In this document: positions 27,248-37,770 of the stretch, in pieces | Layout of the letters: each line of letters begins with the position of its first letter | Numbering within the stretch: the first letter of the stretch is position 1 | Assembly: GCA_965248575.1 (NCBI GenBank) | Contig: CBDFJQ010000002.1 | Span: 128,001 to 192,000, forward strand | Source: Planctomycetota bacterium | GTDB lineage: Bacteria; Planctomycetota; B15-G4 | DNA: 64,000 bases | Reading direction: 5' to 3' | Notes under the pieces: model-generated | Database searches by the model: none | What the model saw: only the letters and a program-made list of their open reading frames with translations | Told to the model about the DNA's origin: nothing | Translations under genes and position numbers: made by a program

Positions 27248-30200
27248 GTGTCCTCGGGGCGCAGGGTGAGGGTCCAGGCGTGGGCGCTGCTCGTTGCGCT
27301 GAGCTTGTGTTCGCCGGAGTCTCTCGGCCAATCGGCGCCCGTCGAGGGCGCTGAGCCAGGCGGAGCTGCCAGGGAGGGCTGCCTGCAGTGCCACGCAGGC
27401 ATCGAGGAGATGCATCCTTGGGAGCCCCTCACGTGTACCCAGTGCCATGGGGGTGATGCCGTTGCCCTGACGAAGGACGACGCGCACATTGCGCCGCGCA
27501 TCGGTTGGCCGAGCGACGAGCGGGTCATGCACACGGGCTTTGACGCGGCGGCATCGCGCTTCCGAAACCCGAGCGACCTGCGGGTGGTGGAGCAGACGTG
27601 CGGCGAGTGCCATCGGCGCATCACGGAGTGGTTGCCTCGCAGCCTGCACGGCACCACGGCCGGCCATCTGAACGATGGGCTCTACGAGAACGGGGTCAAC
27701 CCGTCGCGCAAGGCTGTGTACGGGATCTTCGGTGTCGAGGCGGAGACGGAGCGCGGCAACAAGCCAGGGCCTCACGAGCTGGATCGTTTGCTGCCCATCG
27801 AACGCCTGCGGATCGACTCTGGCGATGCATCCCTGGCGGGCCACTTTGCGGACCTCCCGCGCAAGGCTTGCATGCAGTGCCACCTCTACTCGGACGGCTT
27901 TGCCGTGGAAGGGCGACTCGGGCAAGACGGCCTCTACCGGGGGAATGGATGCGCTGCCTGTCATGTGCCCTATGCGGAGGACGGTCTGTCGCTCAGCCGC
28001 GATCCCACAGCAGATCGATTCGAGCCTGGGCATCCCCTGCGCCATGCCATGACGGCCACGCCGCCCACGCAGACCTGCGTGAGCTGCCACGTGGGCGACG
28101 CTTCCATCGGGAATGGCTTCAGGGGGCTGGCCCAGCTCTACCCCCAGATGCCCGCCGGCCCCGACATTCCGGGGACCACCAATCGGCTCATCGCGAACCA
28201 GTTCTTCATTTCCGACCCCAAGTTGACGCCGCCCGACCTGCACCACGCGGCGGGCATGGACTGCATCGACTGCCACACCGCGCGGGATGTGATGGGGACC
28301 GGCGCGATTCATGGGGCGATGGAGCACGCGGTGGAGATCGAGTGCACCACCTGCCACGGCACCCCCAGCCGATATGCCGAGCTGAAGACCGAAAGCGGCC
28401 GCGCCCTCGAGAACCTGGACCGCAAGGGCGACCTGTTCATCCTCAAGAGCAAGGTCTCAGGGCGCAGTCGACGCGTGAAGCAGGCCAAGGACGTCGTGGA
28501 CCCCGAGCACCCGGACTACAACCCCCGCGCGGCGAAGGCCATGACGCGCGACCACGGGCGGCTCGAGTGCTACGCATGTCATTCGGGTTGGAACACGAAC
28601 TTCTTCGGTTTCCATTTCGACCGCAATGAGGAGTTCAGCCAGCTGGATCTCATCACCGGCAAGGTTACGGAGGGCGCGGTCTCCACCCAGGAGCGGGTCT
28701 TTGCGACCCTGCGCGAGTTCGTGCTGGGGGTGAACCCGGAGGGCAAGATCGCCCCGTACATGGTGGGCTTCTCGACGATGGGCACGGTTCACGGGGCCGA
28801 TGGCAGCCTGAGTCTGGATCAGGCCTTGCCGCGCACGGCGGAGGGGCTGTCGGGCATGACGATGGTGCACCACCAGACCCACACGACGCAGCCCGTAGCG
28901 CGCAGTTGCGTGGAGTGCCATCGGAGCCCCGCGACCTTCGGCCTGGGCACGGGCAGTGAAGGTGGCGGGAACTACTCCCTGGCGCGAGGCCTGCTCGTGA
29001 CGGCCGGGACCCGCGGTGTGGAGACCCTGTTGCTCGACCGGGAGACCCCCTCGCAAAGCCTGTTTCTCGCGCGTCTCCCCTTGGGCGGCGCGAGCAAGGT
29101 CGTCCTGGACAGCGACCCCGTCGATGGCCACGCAGAGACAGCTTTCGTGGTCATCGATCAGGCGGGAGTCGCCCTGGTGGATGTGCGCAACCCGGCCTTC
29201 CCCGCCGTGCGCGCCTTCATCGCTGCCGGCGATGCACGGGACGTTGCGTTGGAGGGTGGCCTGCTCTTCATCGCGAACGGCGCGGGGGGCTTGCGCCTCG
29301 TGGATGTTTCGGACCGGAGCAGGCCCAGGTTGCTGTCGGACCTGGTGACCGAGGAGGCGCGTGGGCTCTGCGTTCGCTGGCCGCTGGTGTATGTGGCCGA
29401 TGGCCCGGGCGGCCTGGTGATCGCCGACGTCTCCGTGAAGACTCGCCCGCGGGTGGTCGGACAGCTGCGAGTGAACCACCGGGAAGCCGGCCCCGATGAC
29501 TCCAACGCCGTGGCGGCTTTCTTCCAATATGGACGTCCACAGGGTCCCGACGCACGCAGCGCCGCGCGCATGATCGCCGTGGTGGCCAACGGTGGCGCGG
29601 GCGTCGGTGTGTTCGATGTCACGGAGCCCGCGGCGGTCGTCCGGTTGTCCGCGGTGGGCGACAACTATTCGGAGACGCGGCGGGCCTTGGACGTTGTCTC
29701 CACGGGGCGCTTCGAGCTGGGGGACACCACGGGGCTGGTACCAACCAAGGAGCGCGACATTGCCTTCGTTGTCGGCGCGCGGAACGAGGCCCAGGGGGAA
29801 TACCTGGTCTTGGATATCACTCAGCCGGAGCTGCCTGTGGTGGCGGCTCGCAGGAACCACGCTCCGGGCCCTATCCTGGGGGCGACGATCGCCCGTTCCT
29901 TCAACGCTCCCCAGCTTGTCACGCGGCTGATGGTCGGAAGCGTGCAGGGCCTGGCTGGCCTGGATGTGAATGACAGCGAGGAGCCCAACCAGTTGTTCAA
30001 TCTGGTGCCTTTGGCCCCGGTGAGCGATGTGGCGCTGGAAGCCTTCGCCTTCGATCGTATGCAGGACCCCACGGGCCGGCAGCTCAAGGACATCAGCCAT
30101 GAAGGTGCGCACTACCTGCCGGTGGAAGAGGTACACCGAGTCCTCTCGGTCCCAGGGGATGTCTTGGGCACCCTGACCGACGGTGGGCAACGCCGGGAAG

Positions 30201-31012
30201 AGGTGCGTGTGGCCTTCTCGGAAAGGGCCGTGCCCGGTGGCCGCCTGATGAACAGCCTGCCCTTGCGCCTCGTTGACAACGAGGCCTTCGACGAACGCCT
30301 GGACCGGCTGCAGCGGGGATTCCGAATCGCGGGCACCGAATCCTTGGCGCAGATGGTGCGCCACGTACGACCCACGGACTTCGACGCCAACGGCGATGAC
30401 GCCCTCTCACGCGGTGAGTTCGAGAAGCTGTTCTTCAGTTTGTTGGATGCGAACGGCGACGGGACTCTCGACATTCTCGAGTGGCCTCGCCATCCCATGG
30501 CCAGCCCGCCGGAGCTGGATCGGAACAGAGATGGGTTCGTGTCCCGGCGGGAGATGGATCTCGACGAGGACGTGCTGCAGTTCTTCGACGTCGACGGCGA
30601 CGATCTGATGCAGATGGGGGAGTGGCCCTGGGAGACCGTGCCGGAAAGTTCGATCCTGCCGAGCTTCTACTACATGAATGAAGAGCTCCTGCGGGCGATG
30701 CTGTCACGCATGGGCTTCGACGAAGCGCGCCCGTTGCTCTACGACTTCTTGTCCGGGTCCAGTCGTCTGCAGCGCGTGGCTCCCCGAGACATCGTGCCCT
30801 CGCGACTAGAGGGCTTCCTGACCCGTGCCCAGAACCAACCCCTGCAAGATGTGGCCAACCAGGGAGTGCTGGGTGACTTCCTGTCGCGTTGGGACATCGA
30901 CGGAGATGGGGCTGTGGACGCAGAAGAGCATCGGGAATTTGATCGCATCGCCCCGCGCTGCGACCTGGATGGCAATGGTCGCATCGACCTGGCGGATCGC
31001 CCGCATCGCTGA
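27248..31012 (+). CDS. Multiheme (10 CxxCH) cytochrome c fused to LVIVD-type repeats and EF-hand-like repeats
   Basis: CLQCH, CTQCH, CGECH, CMQCH, CAACH, CVSCH, CIDCH, CTTCH, CYACH, CVECH; GLRLVDVS repeats; DxNGD/DxDGD loops. Confidence 0.85.
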   Translation: MSSGRRVRVQAWALLVALSLCSPESLGQSAPVEGAEPGGAAREGCLQCHAGIEEMHPWEPLTCTQCHGGDAVALTKDDAHIAPRIGWPSDERVMHTGFDAAASRFRNPSDLRVVEQTCGECHRRITEWLPRSLHGTTAGHLNDGLYENGVNPSRKAVYGIFGVEAETERGNKPGPHELDRLLPIERLRIDSGDASLAGHFADLPRKACMQCHLYSDGFAVEGRLGQDGLYRGNGCAACHVPYAEDGLSLSRDPTADRFEPGHPLRHAMTATPPTQTCVSCHVGDASIGNGFRGLAQLYPQMPAGPDIPGTTNRLIANQFFISDPKLTPPDLHHAAGMDCIDCHTARDVMGTGAIHGAMEHAVEIECTTCHGTPSRYAELKTESGRALENLDRKGDLFILKSKVSGRSRRVKQAKDVVDPEHPDYNPRAAKAMTRDHGRLECYACHSGWNTNFFGFHFDRNEEFSQLDLITGKVTEGAVSTQERVFATLREFVLGVNPEGKIAPYMVGFSTMGTVHGADGSLSLDQALPRTAEGLSGMTMVHHQTHTTQPVARSCVECHRSPATFGLGTGSEGGGNYSLARGLLVTAGTRGVETLLLDRETPSQSLFLARLPLGGASKVVLDSDPVDGHAETAFVVIDQAGVALVDVRNPAFPAVRAFIAAGDARDVALEGGLLFIANGAGGLRLVDVSDRSRPRLLSDLVTEEARGLCVRWPLVYVADGPGGLVIADVSVKTRPRVVGQLRVNHREAGPDDSNAVAAFFQYGRPQGPDARSAARMIAVVANGGAGVGVFDVTEPAAVVRLSAVGDNYSETRRALDVVSTGRFELGDTTGLVPTKERDIAFVVGARNEAQGEYLVLDITQPELPVVAARRNHAPGPILGATIARSFNAPQLVTRLMVGSVQGLAGLDVNDSEEPNQLFNLVPLAPVSDVALEAFAFDRMQDPTGRQLKDISHEGAHYLPVEEVHRVLSVPGDVLGTLTDGGQRREEVRVAFSERAVPGGRLMNSLPLRLVDNEAFDERLDRLQRGFRIAGTESLAQMVRHVRPTDFDANGDDALSRGEFEKLFFSLLDANGDGTLDILEWPRHPMASPPELDRNRDGFVSRREMDLDEDVLQFFDVDGDDLMQMGEWPWETVPESSILPSFYYMNEELLRAMLSRMGFDEARPLLYDFLSGSSRLQRVAPRDIVPSRLEGFLTRAQNQPLQDVANQGVLGDFLSRWDIDGDGAVDAEEHREFDRIAPRCDLDGNGRIDLADRPHR

Positions 31013-31279
31013 GTGGGCAGGCGATGAATCGGATGTCTTCGCCCCTGCTCATCCGTGCCCTGTCTCACTCCTGCCCTCGCCGCGCGCGGGCCCGGCTCGA
31101 ACCAGTCTCCGAGGCCGGCACCCAGGTGTGCCAGGCACAGCCCTACGGAACGACGGCGAGTCCCGGGCGCCAGGGGCTGGATTGGACGTTTGGAGCCGAA
31201 ATTCGTGCTCTCTGCAGGGCCTGCCGGATGGCGTTGCGCCGTGGTGCCCCATGGAGCCAGGGGGGGCTGAAAAGGTAAG

Positions 31280-32377
31280 GTGCTCGGCCGTCCCGCGTCC
31301 TCGGGGGCGGCAATTTGCAGGACTCAGGCAGTGCGCCGGGTGCTGCTCAGGTGCACCCAATGGGCCGCTCCTGCCCGTTTTCGCAGCTTGACCTCCCTTC
31401 CCCGCCGTTCACTCGCCTTGACCAGCTCAACCACTCCAGCACAGGCGGCCTCCCGCCGTTCTCAGGGCGACGCCGCCCGGGCTCCCAAGCCTGAGTGGCT
31501 AAAGATCCGTCCGCCGGGGGGGCCTGTGTATGCCGATCTGAAGGCCCAGCTCCGAGAGCGTGGCCTGTCGACGGTGTGCGAGGAGGCCCGCTGTCCGAAC
31601 GTGGAGGAGTGCTGGGGCGGGGGCACCGCGACCCTGATGTTGCTGGGGGACACCTGCACCCGCGGCTGTTCCTTCTGCGCCGTGAAGACGAACCGCATCG
31701 GCACACCGCTCGACGCCGACGAGCCTCGCAAGGCTGCCGAGAGCGTGGAGCTCATGAAGCTGGATTACGTGGTGCTGACCTCGGTGGATCGGGATGACCT
31801 GCCGGACGGTGGAGCGGCGCACTTCGCGGCCAGCATCGAGGCGGTGCGTGCCCGCAACCCGGACACCTTGATCGAAGTGTTGATCCCCGACTTCTCGGGG
31901 CAGGAGGCGGCGCTCAAGACCTTGCTGGCATCGAAGCCCGACGTGGTGGCCCAGAATCTCGAGACCGTGGAGCGGTTGACGCATCCCGTGCGCGACCCTC
32001 GGGCGGGCTATCGTCAGACCCTCGACCTCTTGGGCCGCGTGAAGCAGCTCGAGCCGGGGCGGCTCACGAAGTCTTCGCTCATGCTGGGCTTGGGTGAGAC
32101 GGATGAAGAGGTGCGTGCCGCCATGGCCGACTTGCGCGCAGAGGGTGTGGACTTCCTCACTTTCGGGCAGTACCTGGCACCCACCAGGCGGCACCTCGCG
32201 GTGGAGCGTTACGTTCCGCCTGAGGAGTTCGACGGCTGGCGCGAGGAGGGGGAGGCCCTTGGGTTCCGCTACGTGGCTTCCGGCCCCTTGGTTCGCAGTT
32301 CATATCGCGCGGGTGAGTTTGCCATCCGTGCCGTCTTCGAGGAACGACGCAAGGCGTCGGCTGGAGGTGCAGCGTGA
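31280..32377 (+). CDS. lipA: Lipoyl synthase (true start probably downstream, about 31418)
   Basis: [30 protein letters not shown]. Confidence 0.96.
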   Translation: MLGRPASSGAAICRTQAVRRVLLRCTQWAAPARFRSLTSLPRRSLALTSSTTPAQAASRRSQGDAARAPKPEWLKIRPPGGPVYADLKAQLRERGLSTVCEEARCPNVEECWGGGTATLMLLGDTCTRGCSFCAVKTNRIGTPLDADEPRKAAESVELMKLDYVVLTSVDRDDLPDGGAAHFAASIEAVRARNPDTLIEVLIPDFSGQEAALKTLLASKPDVVAQNLETVERLTHPVRDPRAGYRQTLDLLGRVKQLEPGRLTKSSLMLGLGETDEEVRAAMADLRAEGVDFLTFGQYLAPTRRHLAVERYVPPEEFDGWREEGEALGFRYVASGPLVRSSYRAGEFAIRAVFEERRKASAGGAA

Positions 32378-33654
32378 CCGAAAGCAAGGGCGGCAAAAGC
32401 GGCCGCGGTGAGGGCGCCAAGCGCCGGGGGAAGGCCGGCAAGGCTGCGGGTCGCCGGGGCAAGGCGCCTGGGCGAGAGCCGACACCTGCACCAGGCCCGC
32501 CGCCGGCAGCATCGACAGATCGACAACAATCGGAGAAAAGCATGAGCAGCCAGTTGATGCTCCAAGTGATCAGCGAGAGCGGAAAGGTCCTGAAGGGCAA
32601 GAAGCCCGGCCTTTCCTCTGACGTGATGATCGGCCTCTACCGCTCGATGGTGCAGACGCGCTTGATGGATGAGCGCATGATCAACCTGCAGCGCCAGGGG
32701 CGCATCGGTTTCTACGTGCCTTCCACCGGAGAAGAGGCGGCCCAGGTGGGCAGCGCCATGGCGTTCCAGCCCCAGGACTGGATCTACCCCAGCTACCGCG
32801 TGCCGGGCTTGTTCCTGCAGCGCGGTGTGCCCATCGAACTGATGGTGGCGAACTGCTTCGGCAACGAGGCCGACCTCTGCCTCGGGCGCCAGATGCCCGT
32901 GCACTACGCCTTCAAGGAGCAGAACCTGGTCTCCATCAGCAGCCCCATTGGCACGCACATCGTGGAGGCCACCGGCACCGCGATGGCGCAGAAGCTGAAG
33001 GGCGACTCGGGTGTGACGGCCGTGATGTTTGGTGACGGCGGCACCTCGAGCAACGACTTCCATTCCGGCTTGAACCTGGCGGGTGTGACCGGAGCCCCCG
33101 TGGTCTTCCTGTGCACGAACAACCAGTGGGCCATCAGCGTCCCGCAGGAGAAGCAGACGGCTTCGGAGAGCTTTGCCATCAAGGCATCGGCCTACGGGAT
33201 GCCCGGCGTCATCGTGGACGGCAACGACGTGCTGGCGGTCTACGAGGCCTGCAAGGAGGCAGCGGAGCGTGCGCGTTCCGGCGGCGGCCCGACCCTGCTC
33301 GAGCTCGTCACCTACAGGCGCGGCCCTCACAGCAGCAGCGATGACCCCACGCGTTACCGCGGCAACCAGGCGGACGAGTGGTTGGGCAAGGACCCGATCA
33401 TCCGCTATCGGAAGTTCCTCGAGAACCAGGATATGTGGTCGTCAGCCCAGGAGAAGGCGCTGCATGAGGAGCTGAAGGATGAGATCAACGCGGCCATCAA
33501 GGTCGCGGAGAAGGCACCGCAGCCCTCGCTCGAGACCATGTTCACCGATGTGTACGCGTCGGTGCCGCCACACCTACGCGAACAGTACGAGGCCATCGTG
33601 CGCGACGAGGGGACGGGCCACGAGCCCGACCCCGATGCAGCTTTTCCGCTCTGA
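32374..33654 (+). CDS. 2-oxoacid dehydrogenase E1 alpha subunit (branched-chain/pyruvate type), copy 1
   Basis: [13 protein letters not shown]...NN ThDP motif, HSSSDDP; alternative start ATG 32542. Confidence 0.93.
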   Translation: MTESKGGKSGRGEGAKRRGKAGKAAGRRGKAPGREPTPAPGPPPAASTDRQQSEKSMSSQLMLQVISESGKVLKGKKPGLSSDVMIGLYRSMVQTRLMDERMINLQRQGRIGFYVPSTGEEAAQVGSAMAFQPQDWIYPSYRVPGLFLQRGVPIELMVANCFGNEADLCLGRQMPVHYAFKEQNLVSISSPIGTHIVEATGTAMAQKLKGDSGVTAVMFGDGGTSSNDFHSGLNLAGVTGAPVVFLCTNNQWAISVPQEKQTASESFAIKASAYGMPGVIVDGNDVLAVYEACKEAAERARSGGGPTLLELVTYRRGPHSSSDDPTRYRGNQADEWLGKDPIIRYRKFLENQDMWSSAQEKALHEELKDEINAAIKVAEKAPQPSLETMFTDVYASVPPHLREQYEAIVRDEGTGHEPDPDAAFPL

Positions 33655-33724
33655 TTCGCAGCTTCCCAGACGACGATCCGAAACCGACGAGCCGCATGTG
33701 TCGCGGCGCTCAGGAAAGAAACCC

Positions 33725-34702
33725 ATGTCTCAAATCACCCTGGTCCAAGCAGTCAACGACGCGCTGAAGGAAGAGATGCGTGCGGACAATGACGTCGTCA
33801 TTCTTGGCGAAGACGTTGGCGTCAACGGCGGCGTGTTCCGCTGCACGGCAGATCTCGTGGACGAGTTTGGCGAGGAGCGTGTGATCGACACGCCCCTGTC
33901 CGAGTCAGGCATCATCGGTGCGGCCATCGGCATGGCGCTTTACGGCTTGCGCCCCGTGCCCGAGATCCAGTTCTCCGACTTCATCTGGCCAGCCTTCGAC
34001 CAGATCACGAGCGAGCTGGCGAAGATGCGCTACCGCTCAGGGGGGCAGTTCACCTGCCCGATGGTCATTCGAACTCCCTACGGGGGTGGCATCCGCGGCG
34101 GGCTCTATCACTCCCAGAGCCCGGAGGTGTACTTCACCCACACGGCTGGCCTGACGGTGGTGGTGCCGAGCGATCCCTACGACGCGAAGGGCCTGCTCAA
34201 GGCTGCGATCCGCAGCCCCGACCCGGTCATCTTCCTTGAGCCGAAGCGCATCTACCGTGCGCCGAAGATGGAGGTCCCCGACGACGACGACTACGTCGTG
34301 GAGATCGGCAAGGCGGCGACCCGGCGCGAGGGCAGCGACTTCACCATCACGGCCTACGGCGCCATGGTTGAGGTGGCCCTCAAGGCCTGCGAGTTGGCGG
34401 AGGCCAAGGGCTGGAACGGCGAAGTGCTCGACCTGCGCACCCTGGTGCCTCTGGACGAGGAGTCCCTGCTCGCCAGCGTCACCAAGACGGGTCGCCTGGT
34501 CACCTTGCAGGAGGCTCCCAAGTTCTGCGGCTTCAGCAGCGAGATCTCGGCCATTGTCGCGGAGAAGGCCATCGACGTCATGGAGGCCCCCGTGCGCCGG
34601 GTGGCTGGCTTCGACGTGCCCTTCCCGTACACCCTGGAACACGTCTACATGCCCCACGCCGAGCGCGTGCTGAAGGCCGTCGAAGACGTGATGACGTTCT
34701 GA
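33725..34702 (+). CDS. 2-oxoacid dehydrogenase E1 beta subunit
   Basis: GEDVGVNGGVFR, DTPLSESGI, EIQF, HSQSPE. Confidence 0.95.
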   Translation: MSQITLVQAVNDALKEEMRADNDVVILGEDVGVNGGVFRCTADLVDEFGEERVIDTPLSESGIIGAAIGMALYGLRPVPEIQFSDFIWPAFDQITSELAKMRYRSGGQFTCPMVIRTPYGGGIRGGLYHSQSPEVYFTHTAGLTVVVPSDPYDAKGLLKAAIRSPDPVIFLEPKRIYRAPKMEVPDDDDYVVEIGKAATRREGSDFTITAYGAMVEVALKACELAEAKGWNGEVLDLRTLVPLDEESLLASVTKTGRLVTLQEAPKFCGFSSEISAIVAEKAIDVMEAPVRRVAGFDVPFPYTLEHVYMPHAERVLKAVEDVMTF

Positions 34703-34784
34703 GCACCGCCGGTCTGAACGACCGGTTGCATCGGTGGACAAGAGTCAGCGAACAGCGAACGCAAGACAGCTTCGGAAACACGAG

Positions 34785-36500
34785 ATGACACGCATTGAGT
34801 TCAAGCTCCCGGACATCGGGGAAGGCGTCGCCGAGGGCGAGATCACCAGCTGGAAGGTGGTTGCAGGCGAGTCGGTCACAGAAGACCAGGTGATGGTCGA
34901 GGTGATGACCGACAAGGCCACCGTGGAGATCGGTTCGCCCGTGACGGGAAAGGTGGTGGAGATTCTCGCCGCCGAGGGTGACACCATCCCGGTGGGTGAC
35001 GTGATGATCGTGCTTGCGGACGAGCTCTCCGAGAGCAGAGCGCCTGCTTCTGCGGCATCGGCATCGGCATCGGCACCGGCGAAGGCCGCGTCAGCCCCGG
35101 CTGCCTCGTCGGCACCGGCCGCTTCCTCCAGCTCCAGCGAGGTCGAAGAGATCAACTTCGCGCTTCCCGATATCGGCGAGGGTGTGGCCGAGGGTGAGAT
35201 CACTCAGTGGTTGGTGAAGGAAGGTGATGCCGTCACCGAGGACCAGCCCATGGTCGAAGTGATGACTGACAAGGCCACCGTGGAGATTGGTTCTCCCGTG
35301 GACGGCATCGTGCTGAAGCTCTTGCACCCCGAGGGCACGACCGTGCCCGTGGGCGATGTCCTGCTGGTGCTCGGTGCCGAAGGAGGCGCGCCGCCGATCC
35401 CGTCGCATGGTGGACACGGTGGGGGCGCTTCAGCTTCCGTCGCCAGCCCTGCAGCTGCCCCCGCGCAGGCAGTGGAGACGTCCACACGCGCCACGACCCT
35501 TTTGGAGACAGGTTTGCCGAACCGCACCGATGGAACACGGCGCGTCCGAGCTGCCCCGGCCGTGCGTCGACTGGCGCGCGAGATGAACCTGGACATCTCG
35601 CAGCTCAACGGAACCGGCCCGAGCGGTCGGGTGTCCATGAATGACGTGCGTCGGGCGGGACAAGGTGTTCCTCCCGGTCGTCCGGCCACGGCGGCCCCGC
35701 CCCGTGCGGCACCGGCAGCTGCTGCCCGTTCGCCGAGCCCGGCTGCTGCGGCACCGGCTGTTGCGGCACCGCTACCGGCACCGGTGGTCCGGCCCATGCA
35801 GGGCGACGAGCGCGTGCCGTTGCGCGGCCTACGCAAGCGCATCTCGACGCAGATGCGGGTGGCCAAGCAGACGGCTGCCCATTTCGCCTACATCGAAGAG
35901 ATCGATGTGACGGAACTCGTGGCGACCCGCAAGGCCTCCAAGTCCCTGGCGGAGAGCAAGGGCGTCAAGCTCACCTATATGCCCTACATCATCAAGGCGA
36001 CCTGCACGGCGCTGCGCGAGTTCCCGCTGCTCAATGCCTCCTTGGATGAAGAGGCCCAAGAGATCGTCTACCACGGCGACATCAACATGGGCATCGCGGT
36101 GGACACGCCGGAGGGGCTGATCGTTCCGGTGATCCGCCAGGCCGACCAGAAGTCCATGCTGCACGTCTCCCAGGAGATGTTCGAGTTGGCCGATCGGGCG
36201 AGGAACCGCAAGACGAAGCAGGAAGACGTCGGCGGGGGAACCTTCACGATCACCAACGCGGGCAACATCGGCGGCCTGCTGGCGACCCCCATCATCAACG
36301 TGCCCGAGGTGGCCATCTTGGGCGTGCACGCCATCCGCCGCCGGCCGTGGGTCGTCAACGATGAGATCGTCATCCGCGACATCATGTACCTGTCGTTGAG
36401 CCTTGATCACCGGGTCGTGGACGGTGCCGTGGGGGCGCGGTTCATGAACCGCGTGCAGGAACTGCTCGAGAACCCCGCGCTCATGTTGCTGGAGAGTTGA
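34785..36500 (+). CDS. Dihydrolipoamide acyltransferase E2 with two lipoyl domains
   Basis: Two LPDIGEG...EVMTDKATVEI domains, AAPAVRRLA binding domain, DHRVVDG. Confidence 0.95.
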   Translation: MTRIEFKLPDIGEGVAEGEITSWKVVAGESVTEDQVMVEVMTDKATVEIGSPVTGKVVEILAAEGDTIPVGDVMIVLADELSESRAPASAASASASAPAKAASAPAASSAPAASSSSSEVEEINFALPDIGEGVAEGEITQWLVKEGDAVTEDQPMVEVMTDKATVEIGSPVDGIVLKLLHPEGTTVPVGDVLLVLGAEGGAPPIPSHGGHGGGASASVASPAAAPAQAVETSTRATTLLETGLPNRTDGTRRVRAAPAVRRLAREMNLDISQLNGTGPSGRVSMNDVRRAGQGVPPGRPATAAPPRAAPAAAARSPSPAAAAPAVAAPLPAPVVRPMQGDERVPLRGLRKRISTQMRVAKQTAAHFAYIEEIDVTELVATRKASKSLAESKGVKLTYMPYIIKATCTALREFPLLNASLDEEAQEIVYHGDINMGIAVDTPEGLIVPVIRQADQKSMLHVSQEMFELADRARNRKTKQEDVGGGTFTITNAGNIGGLLATPIINVPEVAILGVHAIRRRPWVVNDEIVIRDIMYLSLSLDHRVVDGAVGARFMNRVQELLENPALMLLES

Positions 36501-36504
36501 TCCC

Positions 36505-37608
36505 GTGAGGACCGCAGTCCTACAAGTGCTTTCCCCGACAGGGGAGATCGAGAAGTCGCTGCTTCCCAAGCTGAGCGACGAGCAACTGGTCGATCTCTAC
36601 AAGCACATGGTGCGTACGCGCGCCATCGACACGCGCATGTTGGCCTTGCAACGCCAGGGGCGCATCGGCTTCTACGGAACCTGTCGTGGCCAGGAAGCGG
36701 CCACCGTGGGGAGCGGGGCGGCTGTCGAGGAACAGGATTGGGTCTTCCCGGCCCTGCGCGAAGGCGCGGTCCTGCTCATGCGCGGCTACCCGATGGACAA
36801 GTACATGGGGCAGCTCGTGGGTTGTGATCTCGACCCCACACATGGGCGCCAGATGCCTTGTCACTTCAGCTCGGCGGAGTACCGCTTCGTGTCCCTGAGC
36901 TCGGTCATCGGCACGCAGATCTCCCAGACCATGGGGGCCGCCTGGGGCGCCAAGATCAAGGGCGACAACAGTGTCGTCATGGGCTACATGGGTGACGGCG
37001 CCACGAGCAGCACCGACTTCCACTGTGCGCTGACTTTCGCAGCCGTGCACAAGGTGCCAGCCGTCTTTGTGTGCCAAAACAACCAGTGGGCCATCAGCGT
37101 TCCCTTCAGCAAGCAGACAGCGAGCGACGGAATCGCCGTGAAGGCCGAGGCCTATGGCATGCCGGGTATCGCGGTAGATGGCAACGATGTCCTGGCCGTC
37201 TATGCCGCCACGAAGGCAGCTGTCGACCGCGCGCGAGCCGGCGAAGGGCCCACCTTGATCGAGGCCATCACCTACCGCCAAGAGGGTCACAGCAGCAGCG
37301 ACGATCCCACGCGCTATCGAGATGCCGCGGTGCATGAGGAATGGATGAAGAAGGACCCCGTGCACCGCTACAGGAACTACCTGGAGCTCGAGGGCCTGGT
37401 GTCCGAGGAGCTGGATCGGCAGATCGAGCAGGAGGCCAAGGAGGCGGTGAACTCAGCGATCAAGGCAGCCGAGCAGAGCCCTCAACCCGAGACAGCGACG
37501 CTTTTCACGGACGTGTACCAGGACCTCACTCCGGCCCTGCGTGAGCAGGCTGAGAGCGTGGCACGAGAGAGCGCTGAGGGACAGGCCGACGGGGCCTTCC
37601 CGCTCTAG
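36505..37608 (+). CDS. 2-oxoacid dehydrogenase E1 alpha subunit, copy 2
   Basis: [16 protein letters not shown]...NNQW, HSSSDDP. Confidence 0.93.
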   Translation: MRTAVLQVLSPTGEIEKSLLPKLSDEQLVDLYKHMVRTRAIDTRMLALQRQGRIGFYGTCRGQEAATVGSGAAVEEQDWVFPALREGAVLLMRGYPMDKYMGQLVGCDLDPTHGRQMPCHFSSAEYRFVSLSSVIGTQISQTMGAAWGAKIKGDNSVVMGYMGDGATSSTDFHCALTFAAVHKVPAVFVCQNNQWAISVPFSKQTASDGIAVKAEAYGMPGIAVDGNDVLAVYAATKAAVDRARAGEGPTLIEAITYRQEGHSSSDDPTRYRDAAVHEEWMKKDPVHRYRNYLELEGLVSEELDRQIEQEAKEAVNSAIKAAEQSPQPETATLFTDVYQDLTPALREQAESVARESAEGQADGAFPL

Positions 37609-37770
37609 AGCAGGCCCGGTCTTGCCCCGCTTCTCGCCCCGACTTACGCCGAGGCACAGATCCCGCGGCATGCACCACGTAGTACGCAAGACGCAGCAGC
37701 TAACAGAGGCAGCACAGGGCGGCTGTCGATCGACAGTCGGCCGAGAGCACACGAGAGATCAGGAGCCGTT

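Noticed and set aside
31024..31278. 84-aa ORF between the cytochrome and lipA
   Set aside because: No motif and atypical composition; more likely promoter or intergenic DNA
35053..35076. (CGGCAT)3-CGGCAC tandem repeat
   Set aside because: An in-frame hexamer encoding the Ala/Ser linker of E2; ordinary
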